A stretch of DNA of 64,000 nucleotides from Opitutales bacterium. GTDB lineage: Bacteria; Verrucomicrobiota; Verrucomicrobiia; Opitutales; UBA953. Positions 59,172 to 64,000 of this stretch are shown here, piece after piece. Position 1 is the stretch's first letter. Each line of letters opens with the position of its first letter. The notes beneath the pieces are model-generated. The model worked only from the letters and a program-made list of their open reading frames with translations. It was not told the DNA's origin and ran no database searches. Position numbers and translations under genes: made by a program. The stretch lies in NCBI GenBank assembly GCA_040398005.1, contig JBBAUX010000007.1, positions 1 through 64,000 on the forward strand, read 5' to 3'.

Positions 59172-59834
59172 TTAGGCCTGTTTTGCGTTATGCTTTTCGG
59201 CTTCGTCTTTTACATTTTGCGTAAACCGACGCAGGGCCGAGTCGGGATCAATCCCCGCATTACGACACGCCGCAATTAACTCAAAAAGTTTCTTTCCAGC
59301 CGCCGCTTCGGAGAGTTGCTCTTGGTTACTCTCAATATTTTTACGGTCTACTAGAGTTCCCGTGTCTAAATTCTTTTTGTGAATGTGTTTCCAAACATCG
59401 CGAGCTAGCAAGATTGAGTTGAGTGCCGGAGGTAGGTCTTTAAAAAGTGTGACGGGGCGCTCGCCCTTCTCTTTTAATTTAATCTGTTCCCATTGTTGAA
59501 TGACCGCGGCACTGTCACCCAATTTATGACCGTCACCAAAGACGTGGGGGTGACGACGAACCATCTTTTCATTCACTTCATTGGCGACGTCATTAAAATT
59601 AAATTGTCCAGCTTCCTCCGCGATCTGCGAGTGAAGTACGACGTGAAAAAGTAAGTCACCTAATTCTTCACGGAGATTGGGTACATCATTTTTGTCGATG
59701 GCCTGTAAGACCTCAGCAACCTCCTCGACTAGCGCATCGCAGATGCTGCGGTGAGTCTGCTCACGATCCCAGGGGCACCCATCGGGGGCACGTAGTTTGG
59801 CCGTTGTGGTGATTAATCGGTCAATTCCTTGCAT
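59172..59834 (-). CDS. mazG: MazG nucleoside triphosphate pyrophosphohydrolase (short form)
   Basis: LR.PDGCPWDREQT, EEVAEV, EELGDLL, K..RRHPHVF, WE.IK. Confidence 0.93.
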   Translation of the reverse strand: MQGIDRLITTTAKLRAPDGCPWDREQTHRSICDALVEEVAEVLQAIDKNDVPNLREELGDLLFHVVLHSQIAEEAGQFNFNDVANEVNEKMVRRHPHVFGDGHKLGDSAAVIQQWEQIKLKEKGERPVTLFKDLPPALNSILLARDVWKHIHKKNLDTGTLVDRKNIESNQEQLSEAAAGKKLFELIAACRNAGIDPDSALRRFTQNVKDEAEKHNAKQA

Positions 59835-59907
59835 GCCCCGATGGAGTCAGTTCTGTCCCCGGAGTCAAAACGATTGCCAGAATGCTTTTGGTGGTTTCGG
59901 TAGAGTA

Positions 59908-60696
59908 ATGGATAAGTTAATCGAGATAATGGACGCCAAGCGTAAGGAAATTCAACCTTACGTGCGTTCGGTTACGGACCAAGAGTTCGCCGTCTTTGCT
60001 ACCCAAAATAAGACACCTGGTTTCCGCGATGCGCTGAACAACTCGAATCATCTTACGGTTATCGCAGAAGTTAAACGTACCTCGCCCAGTGTTGGGATGA
60101 TTAAAAGCGACGTGAATGCCGTTGAACAAGCGAGACTCTATGCGCAAGCGGGAGCCGAGTGTCTCTCAGTTTTAACCGAAACCAAATACTTTAATGGTCA
60201 GTTACAGGACTTAGTCGATGTGGTTAATGATCAGGCCAAAAGCAGTCACCCCCTTCCTTGTATTCGTAAAGATTTCATGGTGCACCCCTTTCAGGTCCTC
60301 GAAGCCGCTCAAGCCGGCGCTCGTTGTATTTTAATTATCGTTCGCGGACTGACTGATGAAGAAATTAAACCGATTCATGTGGCGGCTCAATTATCCGGAT
60401 TGGATACATTATTTGAAGTACATGATGAATTCGAGTTGGAACGCGCCCTTAAACATAATCCGAATATGATTGGCGTTAATAATCGGAATCTTTCGACGTT
60501 CCTAATTGATTTAAGTTTTGCGGAGAAAGTGATACCGCAGATGCCCTCTTCGATTCTGAAAGTCGCGGAGAGCGGAATCAAAACTGCCGAAGACGCAGCC
60601 CGCATGCGCCAAGCCGGAGCGAATGCCTTATTAGTGGGGGAATCTTTAATGCGGGCAGAAAACCCAGCAGCTCTCCTTAAAGCATTCCGCGGATAA
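59908..60696 (+). CDS. trpC: Indole-3-glycerol phosphate synthase
   Basis: IAEVKRTSPS, SVLTE, RKDF, EVH, GVNNRNL, AESGI, LVGE.LM; start set at MDKLIE. Confidence 0.96.
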   Translation: MDKLIEIMDAKRKEIQPYVRSVTDQEFAVFATQNKTPGFRDALNNSNHLTVIAEVKRTSPSVGMIKSDVNAVEQARLYAQAGAECLSVLTETKYFNGQLQDLVDVVNDQAKSSHPLPCIRKDFMVHPFQVLEAAQAGARCILIIVRGLTDEEIKPIHVAAQLSGLDTLFEVHDEFELERALKHNPNMIGVNNRNLSTFLIDLSFAEKVIPQMPSSILKVAESGIKTAEDAARMRQAGANALLVGESLMRAENPAALLKAFRG

Positions 60697-61529
60697 TGAA
60701 TGACGGCCCTTTATCATTGGGTGAAACGCGTGATCTACTCGCCCAGTTGTCACACATGCCCAAGAAATGGTTAGGGCAAAACTTTTTAGTCGATGGAAAT
60801 ATCGTCCGTAAATCTTTGGAATTAGCAGAAATTAAATCGGGCGACTGTGTTCTAGAAGTCGGACCAGGCTTAGGTACCTTAAGTCGCACCTTGCTCGGAG
60901 CTGGCGTCGAGCTGCATGCGATTGAAGCCGATCGCACGATGTTATTTCATTTAGAAGAAACCCTAAAATCTCGCTGGCCCAATACATTTTTTCTAACGGA
61001 AGGTGATGCGGTAGATAAGCCTTTCGCCGATTTACAAAATCGAGAAGATGGATCGTTCAAAGTCGTGGCGAATCTTCCGTACGCTATTTCGACTCCATGG
61101 ATTGATGCAATCTGCGGCGGGCCCCATCCCTCCATTATGGTACTCATGTTGCAACGGGAAGCGGCGGAAAGATTAACCGCCGATGTGGGCACCGCCCATT
61201 GGTCAGCAGTAACCATTCAAGTAGCTTTAGCTTTCGAGAAAATTAAAGTTCATCCAGTCCCCAGTCAGTCATTTAATCCACCACCGAAAGTTGATTCGTG
61301 TCTTTTAGTTTTAGGTCGCAGAGATAATCCTCGCCGTTTAACTCCCCGAGCCAAAGAAGTGGCGCGCGGATTATTTACGCAACGCCGCAAGCAGGTGGGA
61401 TCTTCGGCCAAGAAGCTTTTCCCAAATCAAGCCGATGTACTTAGCTGGATAGAACGTTTACCAGAATTCGGTCTTACTTCACTAGCCAGACCCCAAGAAA
61501 TCCCTGCGGAAGCGTGGTTAAGCCTCTAA
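60696..61529 (+). CDS. rsmA: 16S rRNA m6,2A dimethyltransferase
   Basis: KKWLGQNFL, EVGPGLG, VANLPY, MLQRE, F.PPPKVDS, F.QRRK. Confidence 0.95.
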   Translation: MNDGPLSLGETRDLLAQLSHMPKKWLGQNFLVDGNIVRKSLELAEIKSGDCVLEVGPGLGTLSRTLLGAGVELHAIEADRTMLFHLEETLKSRWPNTFFLTEGDAVDKPFADLQNREDGSFKVVANLPYAISTPWIDAICGGPHPSIMVLMLQREAAERLTADVGTAHWSAVTIQVALAFEKIKVHPVPSQSFNPPPKVDSCLLVLGRRDNPRRLTPRAKEVARGLFTQRRKQVGSSAKKLFPNQADVLSWIERLPEFGLTSLARPQEIPAEAWLSL

Positions 61530-61577
61530 ATCGGCTACAAGGTTGCTTTCTCCTAAATCTTTGGTCTTTGTGTCAGA

Positions 61578-62957
61578 ATGTCTGTAAAAGTAGGACTCGT
61601 ATCGCTCGGTTGCGCCAAGAATCTCATCGATTCTGAAATCATGATTGGTCACCTCGCCAAGGCCGGGATGTCCATGACTAGCAATGCCGCCGAAGCTGAC
61701 GTGGTCATCGTGAATACTTGTTCATTTATTGACGCTTCCAAACACGAAGCGTTAGCCGCGATTTACGAAATGAGTGACGGCAAGGCAACCGCTCGTAAGA
61801 AAAATCAAAAACTGATTGTTGCAGGTTGTATGTCGCAACGCTATCAAGGCGCCCTACCCGTCGTCGAAGGAATCAAAGGCCGCGTGGAATTACCGAAGGT
61901 CGATGCCTTTATCGGACTCGATCAAGTGACCAACATCGTACCTGTGATTGAAAAAGTGATGGGCGGTCTGGCTAGCATGACGGAGTTCTTATCTAAAGTT
62001 ACTACTTTTATTCCTGATTACGATACACCTCGTTTTCGTCTTACCCCCAAGCACACTGCCTATGTTAAAATCGCAGAAGGCTGTAATCACCCTTGTACGT
62101 TTTGTATTATTCCACGCATTCGCGGACGTCATCGCAGCCGCACCGTCGAGTCAGTCGTCAAAGAAGCGCAAAAACTCGTTAACGAAGGTGTGAAAGAACT
62201 TAATTTAATTTCTCAAGATACGACCTATTTCGGGATGGATCGCTGGTCCGAAGAAAGACCTAATCCACGCAGTAAAGTCGACTCCTCCAAAGGCGAGTCA
62301 CTGGCCTCGTTACTCAGAGAACTCGATACTATCGAAGGCGATTTCTGGGTGCGTTTACTCTACACTCACCCCGCTCACTGGAGCGATGAACTCATCGAGA
62401 CCATCGCGAAATCGAAACACGTCGCTCGTTACGTCGACATTCCCTTACAACATATTTCCGATCGAATGTTAACGGCTATGCAGCGTGAAACGAGCGGAGA
62501 TTATATTCGCGATTTAATTAAGAGAATGCGTCAAGGTGCACCGCACATGGCGATTCGCACGACTTTCATTGTCGGCTTCCCTGGCGAAACTGAAGAAGAT
62601 TTTACTGAACTTCTCAAGTTCCTCGAAGACACTCAATTCGATCGCGTAGGTATTTTTAAATACTCGCAAGAAGAAGGAACCAAGGCTGCAAAAATGGAGG
62701 GGCACTTATCTCAAGAAGTAAAAGAGGATCGTTACGCCCGTGCGATGACTCTCTTACAACGCCTCTCGAAAGAACGTGGCGAACGCTTTGTAGGTCGTAA
62801 AATTCGCGTGCTTGTGGAAAAACCCGGTGTGGGTCGCAGCGAAGGTGACGCCATGGATATCGATGGTATCGTTAAGATTCCCAAGAAATTCAATGTCGGT
62901 GAGTTCGCCGAGGTGACCGTAACCGGCGCCGAAGAATACGACTTAATCGCTAAGTAA
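61578..62957 (+). CDS. rimO: Ribosomal protein S12 methylthiotransferase
   Basis: SLGCAKNLIDSE, NTCSFI, AGC, CNHPCTFC (radical SAM), IVGFPGETEEDF, short TRAM domain. Confidence 0.95.
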   Translation: MSVKVGLVSLGCAKNLIDSEIMIGHLAKAGMSMTSNAAEADVVIVNTCSFIDASKHEALAAIYEMSDGKATARKKNQKLIVAGCMSQRYQGALPVVEGIKGRVELPKVDAFIGLDQVTNIVPVIEKVMGGLASMTEFLSKVTTFIPDYDTPRFRLTPKHTAYVKIAEGCNHPCTFCIIPRIRGRHRSRTVESVVKEAQKLVNEGVKELNLISQDTTYFGMDRWSEERPNPRSKVDSSKGESLASLLRELDTIEGDFWVRLLYTHPAHWSDELIETIAKSKHVARYVDIPLQHISDRMLTAMQRETSGDYIRDLIKRMRQGAPHMAIRTTFIVGFPGETEEDFTELLKFLEDTQFDRVGIFKYSQEEGTKAAKMEGHLSQEVKEDRYARAMTLLQRLSKERGERFVGRKIRVLVEKPGVGRSEGDAMDIDGIVKIPKKFNVGEFAEVTVTGAEEYDLIAK

Positions 62958-64000
62958 TTAGTGCTTATCTTCGCCGTCGTCAGAGATTTCTGCCGAGGCG
63001 GTTGCGGCCGGTGTATCGCTTAGACGAATTAAAGATTCGAGTGAAGAGAAGTGACGGGTCCAATCAGTCATATCAGGAATATCACCGACGATGGCGGAGA
63101 ATAATTCACGCTTACTTTGTTTAAGGTCTTCAATGCGTGATTCCACCGTACCAGGCGCAATCATGCGGTAAATCATCACGTGATTTTTCTGGCCGATGCG
63201 GTGAACGCGGTCGACAGCCTGGCTTTCCACCGCGGGATTCCACCAGGGGTCCATTAAGAAAACATATTCAGCAGTATTCAGGGTAATACCCGTACCACCT
63301 GCTTTAAGTGAAGCTAGGAATACGGCCGGACCTTTAGTTTCTTTAAAGTTTTCCACGGGTGATGAACGATCTTTGGTTTCACCTGTTAATTCGAAAATCG
63401 GAAGATTCGGTAAATCCCTACCGAGCGTTGCCTTCACCCGATTCAGTAAGGTAACGAATTGCGAGAAGACAACTGCCTTAGAACCATTGGCCGCAATTTC
63501 TGATAATTTAGAAATCAGAAGAGTTATTTTACCAGAATGAGTCGAGTGGGCATGGGCATTCTCGGGCAATAAACCTGGGTCGCAACAGACCTGACGTAGG
63601 CGCATTAAGAGAGTGAGGAATGAAGCAGAGTCTCGCGATAAAACGGTAGCCAAATCTCCCGATAAGCCACTGCCCTGCGTTAAGTGCTGGTACAGCGCAC
63701 GTTGTTCGTGCGTGAGCGGACACGGCAAGATCACTTCCAGTTTCGGTGGAATGTCCGAGGCTACGTGACGCTTTAATCGTCGCAGAATAAACGGTGAGAC
63801 CTGACGACGTACTTTAACATGCGCGGCGGATTCATCGCGGAGCATGAATTTTTCAAATTGCGCACGCTTTCCTAAAAGACCAGGCATCAGGAAACGGAAG
63901 ATGGTCCATAAATCAGTGAGACGATTTTCCAGAGGCGTACCCGTAATGGCGATGCGGTGGAGTGCTTTTACACTGAGGCAAGTCTGCGTAGTTTTTGCTT
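62958..64000 (-). CDS. SNF2-family helicase/ATPase, C-terminal part; the 5' end lies beyond the window
   Basis: The frame stays open to the edge (…ALHRIAITGTPLENRLTDLW…); LRRLK, VFSQF, SLKAGGTG.TL, DPWWNPAVE.QA.DR.HRIGQ. Confidence 0.95.
   Translation of the reverse strand, partial: AKTTQTCLSVKALHRIAITGTPLENRLTDLWTIFRFLMPGLLGKRAQFEKFMLRDESAAHVKVRRQVSPFILRRLKRHVASDIPPKLEVILPCPLTHEQRALYQHLTQGSGLSGDLATVLSRDSASFLTLLMRLRQVCCDPGLLPENAHAHSTHSGKITLLISKLSEIAANGSKAVVFSQFVTLLNRVKATLGRDLPNLPIFELTGETKDRSSPVENFKETKGPAVFLASLKAGGTGITLNTAEYVFLMDPWWNPAVESQAVDRVHRIGQKNHVMIYRMIAPGTVESRIEDLKQSKRELFSAIVGDIPDMTDWTRHFSSLESLIRLSDTPAATASAEISDDGEDKH

Noticed and set aside
59843..59867. GGAGTCA direct repeat between mazG and trpC
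   Set aside because: Only two 7-mers 18 bp apart, and one overlaps a likely TTGACT -35 element; too weak to call an operator
62958..64000. SNF2 helicase as part of a defence system
   Set aside because: The gene is partial and flanked by housekeeping rimO, with no nuclease or methylase partners visible; it cannot be judged from this window

Overview
Very gene-dense bacterial chromosomal segment with intergenic gaps mostly under 100 bp. It most likely comes from a streamlined Verrucomicrobiota (Opitutales-like) genome; this is inferred from the Minf_1886-type PVC protein, the signal-extended UppP and Shine-Dalgarno-poor starts. The content is mostly housekeeping: two tandem, nearly identical tRNA-Lys genes; cell-envelope genes (asd, L,D-transpeptidase, mreBCD-mrdA, uppP, murJ, amiD, lpxK); scattered amino-acid and cofactor genes (trpB, trpC, hisC, hisF, nadB, panD, panE, ribE, menF); and DNA/RNA metabolism genes (mutS, recR, topB, rsmA, rimO, PhoH2, SNF2, ppk1). 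The one clearly specialised block (14.9-24.5 kb) is a DeoR-led 6-deoxyhexose catabolic operon with a FucI-like isomerase, a class II aldolase, a RhaB kinase, RhaEW and LutABC. It has no microcompartment, rhaA or transporter genes and is followed by a 589-aa orphan. The most notable oddities are this operon, an apparent in-frame fusion of a HAD hydrolase to a DUF721/DciA-like domain, a MazG-YgjP-Nudix operon, an Rsm22-like methyltransferase that seems to lack its Fe-S cysteines, and a Pho-box-like repeat upstream of ppk1. I saw no CRISPR array, rRNA, transposase or integrase. All family assignments come from motif recognition, not database searches.
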